In this document: positions 26,072-40,110 of the stretch, in pieces
Numbering within the stretch: the stretch's first letter is position 1
How the letters are laid out: each line of letters starts with the position of its first letter
Source of the DNA: Octopus vulgaris
Lineage: Eukaryota
Direction of reading: 5' to 3'
Assembly: GCA_951406725.2 (NCBI GenBank)
Contig: OX597831.1
Coordinates: forward strand, 12,276,001 to 12,340,000
Length of the DNA stretch: 64,000 nucleotides
Notes under the pieces: generated by a model
Seen by the model: only the letters and a program-made list of their open reading frames with translations
What the model was told of the DNA's origin: nothing
The model's database searches: none
Program-made: the position numbers and the translations under genes

Positions 26072-26270
26072 ATTTATAGGGAGGTAAATATATGGCCAGT
26101 CATTGAGTGACCAATGGTTTCACATCCATAAGGTGGCTTAGCCTTATAGATGGCTCATCAGTCTTTTATGGCGGAGAGAGTCTGGTGAGCTGTCTAAAAG
26201 GCTAAGCACGTTATGGATGTGAAACCATTGGTCACTCTATGACCAACCATATATTTAACTTCCTACAAAT
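26072..26270. repeat. ~200-bp imperfect palindrome (foldback/MITE-like)
   Basis: Left arm ATTTATAGGGAGGTAAATATATGGCCAGTCATTGAGTGACCAATGGTTTCACATCCATAA... is the reverse complement of the right arm. Includes a perfect 27-bp run, loop ~9 nt. Confidence 0.93.
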
Positions 26271-26297
26271 ATAGAAATAAATAGATTGACAGATAAA

Positions 26298-26322
26298 GAG
26301 ATAGGTAGACAGACAGACAGAC

Positions 26323-26353
<31 letters not shown>

Positions 26354-26354
26354 C

Positions 26355-26412
<58 letters not shown>
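26298..26412. repeat. (GATA)n/(GACA)n microsatellite
   Basis: Seen directly. Confidence 0.97.
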
Positions 26413-29400
26413 TTAGTTAGTTCGATACAAATATATATAAATATATATGTACAGCCACACATATATTCACGTACATATGCATATACACACACATCTTTCT
26501 TTTATTTGTTTCAGCTATATTAGGGCACCGTCTTGAAAGGGGTAGTCACGTAAATCAAACCCAGTGCTTTTTTTCCTCCTAAGCATAGAACTGATTCTAT
26601 TAGTTCCTTTTTGCCGAACCACTAAGTTACAGGGATGGACACAACCAACACCAGTTACCAAATGGTTTGTACGGGACAAACACAAAGACACCCGTCCACT
26701 TCCACACACACATTCGAGAGGCTACTTTCCGTGGTGGTCTAACAAACCCATTCACAAGGCTTTGGTTGGCCTGGGGCTATAGAAGAAGACTCTTGCCCAA
26801 GGTGCAGTGTGTGTGACACCTTTTTTGAATATATATATTCATGATGATGATGATGATGACACATCTCTATATCAATACACATACATACATGTACAAAGAT
26901 ATATACACCACCTTCAGTTCCACTGCATGACACCTTGGGCCAACCAAAGCCTTGTGAGTGGATTTGGTGGAGAGAAACTGAAAGAAGCCTATCGGTATAT
27001 AAGTATCTAAGCATGTCTTTGTGTCTGTGTTTGTCCCCATCACCACCACCACCACCACCACCACCACTTGACACCACTGCTGTTGGTATGTTTATGTCCC
27101 CATAACTTAGCAGTTTGGTTAAAGAGACCAAGAGGGTAAGTAACAGGCTTAAACAAATATGTTCTGGGGTTGATGCATTCGACTAAAGTTTTTCAAGGTG
27201 TTGCCCCAGCATGGACGCAGTCTAATAATGAACAAGTAAAAGATGAAGACACACACACACACACACACATGCTTGATGCTTCACTGACCCCCATTATGGT
27301 AGAAAAGGGAGTTTAACATGGCTGAAAAATCAAACCCAAACTTTCTTTGCTAACTTGTTACACATTCACCTCATCAATAACTATACATACATACACATGA
27401 CTATATATACATATACATACACACACCTATATATATACATATATTTTTGATACCTAAATTATACTTTAGGCTCTGAAAAAGATTGCCTTGGCACATGTTC
27501 AACAGCACAGACATTCATAGAAGAAGCCAAAAGAGGGTGGAACAGTTTCTACATAGTTGCCTTCCTCACTAGAAATAGCAGCCAAATTTTCCTTAACTCA
27601 CAGCCTACTGTCTTAAAAAAGGAAGGAGACTTAATACAACCTTAGATATACCTGAACAGAAGCGGAGGACATATTCACCAAAAAGCTAAAATGTTTTATT
27701 GAATAAGTCAACTTAATCAAAGATAAACTGAAGTTTTATTATGAGAAAAACAACCGCAGTAGAGGTGACAAACAGCACTGGTGAATGACCTTTTCATTTT
27801 AGTATAATAGGCTGGAGCTTCAAACCAGATAACCTGAACAATAGCTCCTAATAAACCAATGTGAGAGATTATATGTGAGCCATCAAGAGCATTCTAAATG
27901 TTGAAGTGAACAAGTTTGAACAAGCACAGCTAAATAGAGAGGATGACCATAACTTTAGTTATAGTGGTCTATCTTTTGGGCAAGAGTATGTATTTATTTG
28001 ATCGGCAAGGTCATATGACAATGTGGGATCCATTACATGGTTATTTGACCTGCACAAAATAATAACCAAATCTTCCATAAATTACCCCCTGCCATCTTAG
28101 AAAAAGAACATATTGGATAATATAGAGCTACACCTCTCTGAAAAAAAGGCAGACCTGTTACCTGTTGCTATTGGGATGCAAGCTGGAACTTGATCCACCA
28201 GAGGTGGGTCAACTGGATAAGCAGGGTCGTCTGATGTTGTAAACCCAAAATCCTCATATGACTCTAGGAACTTCAACTATAGTGCTGAATTCCAGAGTGT
28301 GCATGTGATGTATCTTGGAACCAAATTATTAAAAGCAGCATCAATATAAATTCAATAATTTCATTTCTATTTGAAAATGAATGCAGTGCAGGGTTATTGA
28401 ATAAAACATACTTATTGATTGATGTTCAGTGCGAAAAGGGAAAAGGGAAAAACTGGAATGCTTTTGATTATAGGTTTATTCAATCAAGGTTGAATTGTGA
28501 GCTAAATAACGAAACAAGCCCCCAAATTAACACCCACACTAAGCAAGCTTTTAAACTCCTCTCTCTCTTTCTTCCTGTTTTTGTTAACAGACCTGCTCAA
28601 TTTATAATGCATAAATGTGTCTTCTTGATGCTAAAGAAAGGAAACTGCTCTGATCCTTATATCTACTTTTCTGCTACATTCACTTCTAACATGTTTTGAA
28701 GTAGAAATAGTCATCATTAAGTTCTCCCTAAAACATCTTCACTAACTTTCTTTCCCTAACAATCATTACTAAGACATCTGTTGATTATATACTCTATAAC
28801 ATAATTACACAAGCTCTCTATATAGAAAAAAAATGACATTGAAACCTAGGGCTAAATTACTTATATATAAAAATGCTTCATTTACAACATTTGATATATT
28901 TCCAAGCCTTGTGTTACTCTCCTGTCCTCTCCAAGGATCAATGACCCTCACCACAAACTCTTCATTACTTCATGAATTATCAACTGACAATCAGTCTAAC
29001 CCTCTAAATACAAATGCATATGGAAATTTTCCAATTCTGTTTAAAATCTTTTGAAACCTCAAGATCTAAAGATCTTGGCAAACATTAATAGTTCCTACCA
29101 GTAGGAATACTTAATTCCCTCAATTAAAGATTTTCTTGAATTGTGATCATAAAATTGATGCATAATAATTTCACAACATCAATTTTACCTAATTTACACT
29201 AATTAATTTCACCTGTGAAGGCACATGACCTAACAGTTGCAGTATTCAGGTAAGGATTGTAAATGCTGGGAGGTTCAATTCCCAAACAGGATGGCACATT
29301 GTGTCATTGAGCAATGCACTTCACTTCACATTGCTCCAGTCTGCTGCTCAGCTTTAAAGGAGTACCAGCTGAGTGCTGGTACAACTTTCTCCACTTCTGA

Positions 29401-29453
29401 CTGTCACTTTCTGGATATACCAGAGAGCCAAAGAGTGGAGTGTCCTCATGTGG

Positions 29454-29546
29454 CCCTGAGGCATCCTTCCAGTGACCCTGAAGCATCCTTCTAGTGGTTC
29501 TTAAGCATCCTTCCAGTGACCCTGAAGCATCCTTCCAGTGACCCTC
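29454..29546. repeat. 22-bp minisatellite, about 4 copies
   Basis: Unit CCCTGAAGCATCCTTCCAGTGA. Confidence 0.9.
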
Positions 29547-30999
29547 AATGGTCTTCCCTCTATAAATATATTTTTTTCTTTCATTGACCAGTGTTTCATT
29601 TGTTTTGGTGCAGCCCCTAAAACAATCCAGGTTGAGAACCACAGGTGTAGAGGGTGTCTTATGGTTGCTCGTGTCTACTTAGGCACCTGAAACAATTAAC
29701 AAACACGTGGTACATGTTATAAAACCACGATCATTTCTGAATCACAGCTGGCTTTCTTTAATTTCATTCACACATACGCACATCTCTCCACATACAAAAG
29801 CACAGATCATATTTTTAGATTTTCCTTTTCACTGATTACACAGAACATCAATCAACATCAATGTTTTATTCAACAGGCATGAACTGCATTCATTTTTGAA
29901 CTGATCAGAAACAATCTAATTTATATTGATATTTCTTGTAATATCTATATATCAATAAAGCTATGCCAGTGAATTGCCAGAAATGGTAGTGTCAAACAAA
30001 ATGCCTTATAACATTTAGTGACATCCCTTTATGAATGCAAAAAACCCATCAAAATCTACTGTCATCATCATCATCATTTAACGTCCATTTCCTATGTTGG
30101 CATATGTTAGACGGGTCGAGAAGAGCTGGCAAGCTGGAGAGGTGCATCAGATTCCATTTGTCTGTTTCGGCAAGGTTTCTATGGCTGGATGCCTTTCCTA
30201 ATGCCAACCTCTATACAGAGTGTACTAGGTGTCTTTTATGTGGCATCAGTACAAGTGTTTTTTATGCGACACCAACATGGGTATTTTTAATGTAACACCA
30301 GAACGAGTGTATTTTATGTGACACCAGCATGGTTTTTAAAGAATTTTTATATATGGCACCACCAACTGTGAGCTCACAGGACAAGGATCTCTCGGTTGTG
30401 AGAGGGAGTGGAACCAATAGATTAGGGTAATAATTCTGGTATGGGGTGAAACAATAAAATTTGTAGCCTTCTGTCTATGTTACAAATCAAAATATCAAAT
30501 TAAAGGTGTTGAACATTTTTGTACATGAAGGAGGATACAAGAAGTGTGTGAAAGGGCAAATGGAATTGTGCAACTTTAGAGAACTAGATTTCAGGACAAT
30601 AGAAGAGTGAAAAAAATTCAAAAATACATCTGCTCTGATCGTTAACTCCTTATATCTCATTACACTAACTTTTTGCGGAAACACTGAATATAATGCAATC
30701 TCTTATTGGAATGAAATGTGTAATTTATATTTTTCTATTGTTGTCTTATTTCAATGTAATTTACATGTATGGAAATGAAAGTATAACATAAAAATATAAA
30801 AAAAATAAAAGTAGAGGAAATGCTAAATCCATTGTGTGGTATCTGTGCGGAAATAACAACGGAGCTAAGATTCAGTGTACAGTTCGTCTCCTCATTTTCA
30901 CAAAATATTCACAATAAGTAGAACACTATTTTCATATAATTGTTAGAAGTGCTTGCTATGCCTTCAGCAAAATACCTCTCTGAATCATTATTCATGAGA

Positions 31000-31343
<344 letters not shown>

Positions 31344-32282
31344 TGTATGCATGTGAGCTTATATTACCCTTGTTTTCAGACTATGTTTGCTGGTTGTAAA
31401 CAAAGGCCACACTAATGGCATCGAATGAAAGCATGCTGGACTTTTCAACATGTCATGACAATGTGGGATTTCGTAAACAAATGGCTCATTCATACAGTGT
31501 CATTTAATTTCAGTTGTATGTGTAAAGCAATGTCTTAATTGTTAATTGTTTGATAGACTGGGAGACTATAACCTTGCCTGGAAACAGGAGTTGGGGTGGC
31601 ATTGGTAAAACTATTTTACCAATGCCACTGTCCTCCGGTTCCCAGGCAAGAAAAGCTTTGCCCCAACTTACTTTCATTTGACCCATGTAAATATAGAGAA
31701 GTAGGTATTAAAATGATGATGATGGTGATGATGTCAATAGGCCCTTGCATACAATTTCTATCAATCAAACTGCACTTAGAAAACATCAATCAATTTCAAG
31801 CTAGGATAACAGACCCATGCCCATAGTACTAAAGGGTGAGATCAAACTGGGAACCTTATGGTTGTACATCAGGTACCTTAACCACCTATCCATGCCTGTA
31901 TTGAGTATACCTGATGAAGAATTCTGAAATGTTTATTATAATTTTTGTTATCTTTTCAAACATTGTTTTTAATCATATATTTTATAATATTAAAACAAAT
32001 ACACAACACCAAAACAATTTGCGTAGTAAATTTCCATGAACACTAAATCTGAATGTTATATTACCATTCCATTATTTTTGTAACCATCAATTAGTTTTCC
32101 AAGCAATAAAGATTTTTTAAATAGATTTTACAATAAAAACGGGGGAATAAAATGCGAGTCTTAAAATAAAATAGTTTTTTATGAATTTCATGAGACCTGT
32201 TGAAGAAAAGTAAAAAAAATTAAAAATTAAAAAAAAAAGGTATCGTTGGAAATAAATGGATGATGCAAATAAGAATATTAAC

Positions 32283-32351
32283 CTTTCCACACTGTTTACA
32301 TTTTCCTTCCTGGCGTCGAAGATGTACCCAGTGATGTCTCATATTCGTTGG
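32283..32351 (-). CDS. DGKZ: Internal coding exon of a type IV diacylglycerol kinase (DGKZ/DGKI/rdgA-like), start of C1B domain: [23 protein letters not shown]
   Basis: 69 nt, phase 0-0, acceptor TTTTTTTTCCTTTGCAG and donor AAG|GTTAAT on the minus strand. The peptide matches my recollection of human DGKZ [23 protein letters not shown]. Zeta versus iota cannot be distinguished. Confidence 0.93.
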
Positions 32352-33829
32352 CTGCAAAGGAAAAAAAACACAGAGAGATATAGATAGAAGTAAAGTAAAA
32401 TAAGATAAAAAAAATTCTTTTAATTCCAAGAAGAGTTACATCTACAGACATATCATGAAATAAATATAGCATGGCTATTCATTCTCGTAATGGCAGCAAC
32501 TATATTTTTCATAAATAAATCCAACTATATTTATATTTCATAGCTATATCACACATCAACTCATGACGAAATTGAGAGAGAAAAAAAAATGATCAGAATA
32601 TAAAAAAGAAAGTGTAAAGAGTAAAAAGAAAGTGTAAAGAAATAATGATCACGCACACAGTATTCTTCCACGTTTATAAATCTTTAAAAATGACAAAATA
32701 AACCAAGAAATAAATGAATAAATAAAGGATTCCTCCACATCGCAGCAACATCATAAATGATATCTACTTACTATTTTCCATGCTAGCAAGAGGTTGGATT
32801 TGATTAATATGGAAAGTAGTTTAGATTGATTCAAAGGTGTATGGGAATCAAAGTTATAAGAAACACTAAATTGCTTTTTAGCTTTTAAGCACCAGTGAAC
32901 AACATTCTGTCTTTTTTTTTTTTCTTTCTAGGAAGATTTTGAAGTTAAACATGTATTTGAAGAATGTTTTTATGAAAAAAAAAAATGTTTCTATCAACTT
33001 GTTAGAATCTGGAATCACGTTCCATTTTTCAGTTATGCATGAGTTAAATGGGCGAGAGATATATATTTCCATCTCTTGTCTGCATGACTTCATCTCTACT
33101 CTTCTGCAATCCATTGCCTCACATCAAATGTCATCTTGTAGCTTCTATTCATCATTGAAAATGTATAATCTTACATAGAATCTAGGATATATAATTATTG
33201 CCCACATCACACAACTAGTGCTTAGTATTTAGCCCCTGGTCTGTCCTGTTTGAGTTGAACTATGACCAAAAATGTTCCAGCTATTATCACCCATCTTTAT
33301 TTTCAGGCATGCTATATTTATGATGGTAGAATGTGATTTGAGGGAAAATTGGTAGATATTTCTAGCAGATCATGCAACTGCTTAGAAATTCTCTCACTGC
33401 ACATTCAGTATATATATTAGTTTCTATTGGACAAGCAATTCAATTTGATGTTATTCTCAGGTGAAATCAAGGTGCAAAGTGTGCAGAAATGAGAGACAGA
33501 CAGCAGCAAATAAAAGAGGCGTTTTTTCTGTCACACAATCAGACTCGACCTAGTTTCTGATTACACACAGCAGGAAGTCGTTTTCAAGCAGAGGCTCCTT
33601 GGTGATATACAACAGGTGCTGAATAATGTAACATATTGGAAGGCTGCTATATTTGCCCAAAGCTCAAACATGGACAGCTTGGTTACTAATGCAAAAATGA
33701 AGTAATACATAGCAGTAACTATGAGTGATGGTGCCATCTTCTCTTTTAATCTACCAGTCTTGGAGATTCTGCATAGATCCTGAGTGATGAAAGTCTTCTT
33801 TTGACAATTTAAAATAAAACTGTATATGT

Positions 33830-34015
33830 TTAACCCTTTAGCCCTCTGTCAAAGGTAATGTATATTTGTCGACATTGCTTTGAATTAATGAAGCATGATA
33901 TTGTTGATGAGATTGTTTATCTTTAGAATGACATTGTAGAGTAGGTGTGAGAGACTGGATCTGGTCAGTAGAATATTTGGGCTGGATATGACTGATTTAA
34001 ATACTAAAGGGTTAA
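33830..34015. mobile_element. piggyBac-like MITE, second family
   Basis: TTAACCCTTTAG...CTAAAGGGTTAA. A related copy at ~36745-36970 also ends AAAGGGTTAA. Confidence 0.8.
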
Positions 34016-34826
34016 AAAGGGCACAAGTATGGTAATTAAAGTGACATGCTATAAGCCCTAGCAGGGTACAATGGGTATTATTACAACCCTTGATATTAGA
34101 ATATTCTTTAAAACATTGCAATGCTCAAACCTTAAACTATCTCAGTTCTGTGACAAACTGAACTAAGGAAAGGATTGAAAAAAACTGGGGAGGGGGCAAA
34201 CAATCCATTTGATTATTTTATATTAATTGGGTGCAGATACGATCTTGTGGTTAAGAAGTCTGCCCCATGATGATGGGTCTCTGGATTCTATTCCGCTACA
34301 CAACACCCTGGGCAAATGTTTTCAACCACAGCCTTGGGTTGACTAATGCATCTTTGGTAGACAGACACTGTGCAGAAATCCATTGTATGTGTGTGCTTGT
34401 GTGTATACATATACACACATTTATATCAAGAAATATTTGTATATTAGCAAGAAATTGCTGATGAATCACTGAAACGGATGAAAAATACCTTGTCATAATT
34501 ATTTTGTTTGAGGTGCACTGATGCATCCCTATCATTTATGCCATCAGAAATACAATGTACCAATAATTAACCAGTTGGGAATCTATAACCAACATTGCTA
34601 CTCACCCACAAATCATATAATTTATACTGATTATAACAACTAAATTCTCTGCTGGATTAGTTTACTTAATCATTATGAATCTTTAGTAGAGCATGGCAGA
34701 GACACCTAGCTTGAAATAGATATTAAATTGTTTATATTGCTATATAAAAAAAGGATTATTACAAAATTAACCAAAATAGTTATCTTTGATACCAGGCTCT
34801 TTTTTGTTAGAATATTATTTTAGGTT

Positions 34827-35223
34827 GAAGGTGCTGAGCTGGCAGAATCGTTAGCACACCGGGCGAAATGCTTAGCCGTATTTTGTCTTCCGCTACGAGC
34901 CGAGTTCAAATTCCGCCAAGGTTGACTTTACCTTTCATCCTTTCGGGGTCGATAAATTAAGTACCAGTTACACACTGGGGTCGATGTAATCGACTTAATC
35001 CGTTTGTCTGTCCTTGTTTGTCCTCTCTGTGTTTAGCTCCTTGTGGGTAGTAAAGAAATAGGTATTTTGTCTGCCTTTACATTCTGAGTTCAAATTCCGC
35101 CAGGGTCAACTTTGCTTTTCATCCATTTGGGGTTGATAAATTAAGTACCAGTTACATACTGGGGTCAATCTAATCAACTGATTCCCTCTCTCCAAATTTC
35201 GGGCCTTGTGCCTAGAGTAGAAA
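34827..35223 (+). mobile_element. Dimeric SINE with Nin/Deu-like central domain and 18-bp TSD
   Basis: TSD AGAATATTATTTTAGGTT at 34809-34826 and 35224-35241. Two copies of GAGTTCAAATTCCGCC...TTTCATCC.TT.GGGGT.GATAAATTAAGTACCAG. Confidence 0.85.
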
Positions 35224-37020
35224 AGAATATTATTTTAGGTTAAATTTCCTGATTTTCCACTGCCTGTTGTTCGTTTCTGTAATGTTTAATATCCTTTTTG
35301 AGATTGACAATCTTAGCAGTTAATTCAGTCATAATTTGATATTTAAAATGATTAACCAGAAATAAAGTGGTTGCTGGAATTCAAATCTGTTTCTTTTGTT
35401 TTGACAAGATAAATTTTCTTCTGATGGGATTACAAAAATATAATAAAAATTTAAGCTTTAATAAATATGTTTGCTTAACTTATTTGGGGAACTATTTAAT
35501 TTTATTTTAGCTTAGTTTTATTTTTTTACTGTTATTTGTTTACTGATATTATTGTGATTTGCAATAAAACTTAACAATTCTAGCTAACATAAGGAATGTT
35601 CCAAATGACGGGAAGCACGTTAACATGTTTCTGGCCACAAGAGAATTTTTCTGTTTTGAAACCATCTTTATTCTTTCAAAATGGAAAAGTATTCAAGAGA
35701 GATACGGCTTGATTAATTTTCTCTCCATTTTAAGATATATTTTACATTTATAGGCTACAAAAAATGTGTGAGAAAAGTTGTTGAGTCATTTAACCCCATG
35801 TAAATCCTGATCACTCAGATCTATAATGAAAGGTATTCCAGCTGTAATAGTCCCATCTTTCTGTTTTTTTGAGGATATAAGGCACTATTGGCTCATGATC
35901 ATAATGCTATGATTTCAATTCCTGGACAGGCAGTGCATTATCTTCATGAGCAAAGTGCTTTATTTCATGTTGTTCCTGTTTACTTAGCAGAAAATGAGTA
36001 TCTGCTGAGTGCTAATGAACTACTCTCTCTCTTTCTCCTTCAGTTTGTCATATCTCAGATGTAACACTAGGTCAAAATGGTGGGAGAGTCAAGAGGGTTC
36101 CTATATCTGATTGCAACTACATAGGCATCTAAGATTGGCTCTAAAGGAGACTAGATTATCAAATATTGACCTTTCCTTATTTAAAATAGTAGAAGGTGGG
36201 GGGATGTTATTCAAAAGTGTCAGGGTTAGTGGAGTTGTTATTAGTTATATAGCTTGGTATACTGATTTCAAATCCTGCCCTTGTTGGTTGTGGTTTCTGT
36301 CCTTCATTGGTTGACAAAACAAGTATCAGTCAATTTCTGGCATTATAATCTACCAACCTTTCTCAAAATGAGTGAACCTGTACCTTCATTAGAAATCAAT
36401 GTCAGAAAGAAGAAATGTTTATGCAATCTTAGATATACAAGGACAAAATAAGATTGCTTTTAGGATTAACTAGAAGCACACAAAACAGTGTTGATTGAAC
36501 TATATGTGTGTAAAATTACACTGAATACATTCTACATTACACTTAGACATAGAATGATCATCACTGCAGAAATTGTATCAGAAAAACAATTCTCTGTACT
36601 GATAATCAGTGAAAAAATGCATCAGTGGGTTATGAATGATGTCATTGGATTGTAAGACACAAGTGTTTCTGAATCCTTATGCTTCATCAGTTAGGGACAC
36701 TGAATCCTTTGTTCATAATCCTCTAAGGAATAACCATTCTTATATTCTTTAGTTATTAAGATTACTTTGTCAGATGTAATGTTTATTATTTATTCACATT
36801 GTTTTGAATTAATCAAGTGTTATCTCGTGGCTTCAAGATTTTGATGATGTGACTGTATTTTCGGAATGGCAATGTAAGGTGGATATGGGATGCCATCTCT
36901 GGCCAGTTTCAACATAAAACAGGCGGAATATATGGGCCTGGCACGGTCGGTTTAAATGCCAAAGGGTTAAACAGCAAATAGTAAATTTGCTCATGAGGGC
37001 AAAACTTGATTAAGCTGGAG

Positions 37021-37250
37021 TTAACCCTTTTGATACCAACCCGGCTGAAACCGGCTCTGGCTCTGTAGTATGAATGTCTTGTTTTCATAAGTTTTGAACT
37101 AAAATCTTTTACCAAACCTTAGTCACAATTTATGTTCCTAACACTAGCCGAATGATAACTAAGTTATTTTACTAAATTCTTTGTTATATTTAAAATTAAT
37201 TGAAAGAAACACAGAGCATCTCAACAGAAATAAGGTAATGAAAGGGTTAA
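37021..37250. mobile_element. piggyBac-like MITE
   Basis: TTAA at both ends, TIR TTAACCCTTTTGATACC / GGTAATGAAAGGGTTAA, no coding capacity. Confidence 0.85.
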
Positions 37251-39596
37251 TGAATTAGAGGCGCACAAAGTTGATTGAAATATGTCTGTGTACAATTATA
37301 TTTCACACATTTACGTAGATCCAGATGTGGAAAAGCCTTCACTGTGGAAATTGTTTCAAGAAAAAAAATTACTTTTAGTATATTTACTTTGTGGAGGCAC
37401 ATGGCTTAGTGGTTAGGGTGTCGGCATCATGATCATAAGATTGTGGTTTCGATTCCTGGACCGGGCGACGCGTTGTGTTCTTGAGCAAAACACTTCATTT
37501 TGTGTTGCTCCAGTCCACTCAACTGGCAAAAATGAATAACGCTGGGATGGACTGGCGTCCTGTCAGCTGGGGAACACATACACCATAGAAACCGGGAAAC
37601 TGGGCCCATGAGCCTGGCTAGGATTTAAAAGGGTGCATTTATTTTTTTTATATTTACTTTACACTGAAGATGCATGTCCTAGTTGGTTAGAGTGTTGGAC
37701 TTGATGATAGTAAGTTTGTGGTTTCAATTCCCTGACCAGGTGATGCATTGTGCTTATGAACAAAACCCTTTCTTTCACACTAGTCCAGTACTCTCAACTG
37801 AAAATGCATACCAACAGCAGTTGGAGGTTAACCCTGATAATGGACTGGTGTTCTGTTTAGGGTTTCATGAGGAAGTATTTTACTCTTTCATCTGCTTTAT
37901 ATCACAGAAACTGGGACCATCTTTGGCCTAATGAGCCTGTAGACTTGTGACAGACCTATTTTAACAGTACCTAATCCACAGGGCTGCTCTGGGATTAGAC
38001 AAAATCAGCAAAACTAACACTATAATGTTTTTTGTTTACTCAAGATAACAAAACATTTCGTCCTTCTGATAATGATTTCTAATTAATGAACAAGGTTGGA
38101 ATGCTTGAGAAGACATTCCATCCATGACCAGTCCATCTTTGTCCAAGGTATAATTTGCACAGGACTCTATTATCTAATTTGCTTTTGTATAAGAAGTAAT
38201 TTAAAGAAGATTTAGCTGCTATTTCTGGCAAATGATGCATCTATATAAAGGTGGTTGTTGTTTAGTATACTAGGTTAACCGTGATTAAGCAGTTCTACAA
38301 TCAAAAGTATTCCAACCATGACTATCATGACAATTTAGGGAGAATATTTAGGAGTACATTATTCAATGTGTTCTTTTTCTTAATTTTCTGAAGATGGCTC
38401 AGGGCCATACGGGGGATATCTGGCTACTATTTCTAGCAGGCTGAGTGACTGCATTGATGTAGTTGCTGAAGGAGATGGTCGATGCTAGTTTATTTATAGC
38501 AACAACATTTTAGGAAGAAGCTGAAGGGAGAGAAAAGAGAAGGAAAAAAAATTCACAGACTCTTGATTAAAAAAAAATTAATGAATTGAAGATCTCAGCT
38601 ACATTGAGGTGGCAGTTTTAAGTACTTTGCCCTACTGTGTGTGTGTGTGTGTGTGGGGAGGAGTATGTATATTCATAAATATATATGCATATATATATAT
38701 ACATATATATGTATATATATATACACACATATATGCTTTCACACACACACATAAATACACACATATATATATATATATTTACGCCCTTCATTGAAGAATC
38801 GACAAGTAATGATTACTGATAGGGAAGTAATTAATTCTTTGACAGTGCAATATGCTACATCATGCTTAATTTATTCCTCGAGTAGCTATCGAATGTTAAC
38901 TTAATAGTGCTCAGCTAGTGAAAGTACATTTACAAAAACATGCATAGAGACACACCACACACATACACACACACACACACATAAATATATGTGAATGCAT
39001 GTGTATATGTGAGTGTGTAGATATATGTGTATATATATATGTGTGTGTATATATGTACATACATATATATATATATATATATACATATACATACATATAT
39101 ATACATATACATATCATCATCATCATCATCATCGTTTAACGTCCGTTCTCCATGCTAGCATGGGTTGGACGGTTCGACCGGGGATCTGGGAAGCCAGAAG
39201 GCTGCACCAGGCACCAGATTGATCTGGCAGTGTTTCTACAGCTGGATGCCCTTCCTAATGCCAACCACTCCATGAGTGTAGTGGGTGCTTTTTGCGTGCC
39301 ACCGGCACAGGTGCCAGGCAAGGCTGGCAATGGCCATGATCAGTTGGTGCTTTTTACTTGGTGCTTTTATGTATATATTTATTTATCCTTGCATATTTTT
39401 AACATTCATGTATATTTTTATATTTCTATAATTTGAATGCATTAATATATGTTTTAGACAACTCTATTATATTAGATCCACACCAATCATAGTCTGCCTG
39501 AGTTGAACTTCCTCCTTGTATCTCTTGAACTTGTCTAGAGTCTTGGGTTTGACTCGAGCACTTCCATGCTTTCTATGATATTCTGAAGAAAATTTA

Positions 39597-39661
<65 letters not shown>

Positions 39662-39689
39662 CATAGTCAGACTGAAGCATGTAAGATCT

Positions 39690-40110
39690 CTTCTGAGTAA
39701 CTTACTCAAACCATGGCTTGACAATAATCTCTGCTGTCATGATGTAGGATGCAACATTGACCTTAAAACTTTGCAGAGAAAAAGTGCTCATAACCCTCAA
39801 AACCATCACAAACTCAGCTTTTTAGACAATGTCTGACCATTGAGAGGGTGATTTTCTGGGGTTTTTTTTATGCCCATGGAAGACACATTCACATTAAGAT
39901 CTAAGAGCTCTCGTCTGATCTTAAACATGAAGGCCCTGGCAACATTTAAGAAGGTCGCAATTTCAGAATTACTTTTGTTGGCAGCAAGAGCAATAAGAAC
40001 AACATGCTTTTTATTGTTTGCATTAGATATAAAAATTTCATGGATGTTTAATGTTTGCAACACTTTCAGTTCTTAAAAACTTTTGTTCTCAAATAGCTGA
40101 TGCCCACTGA
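39690..40110 (-). mobile_element. Tc1/mariner-superfamily transposase relic
   Basis: HTH-like KKHVVLIALAANKSNSEIATFLNVARAFMFKIRREL and catalytic-region-like FVMVLRVMS...KVNVASYI...IVKPWFE. Degenerate, TIRs not identified. Confidence 0.7.

Noticed and set aside
29454-29546. CRISPR-like short repeats
   Set aside because: Head-to-tail minisatellite with no spacers, in eukaryotic context.
31911-31940. CTGATGA-AGAATTCT-GAAA hammerhead-like string
   Set aside because: No convincing stem I, so probably chance in AT-rich DNA.
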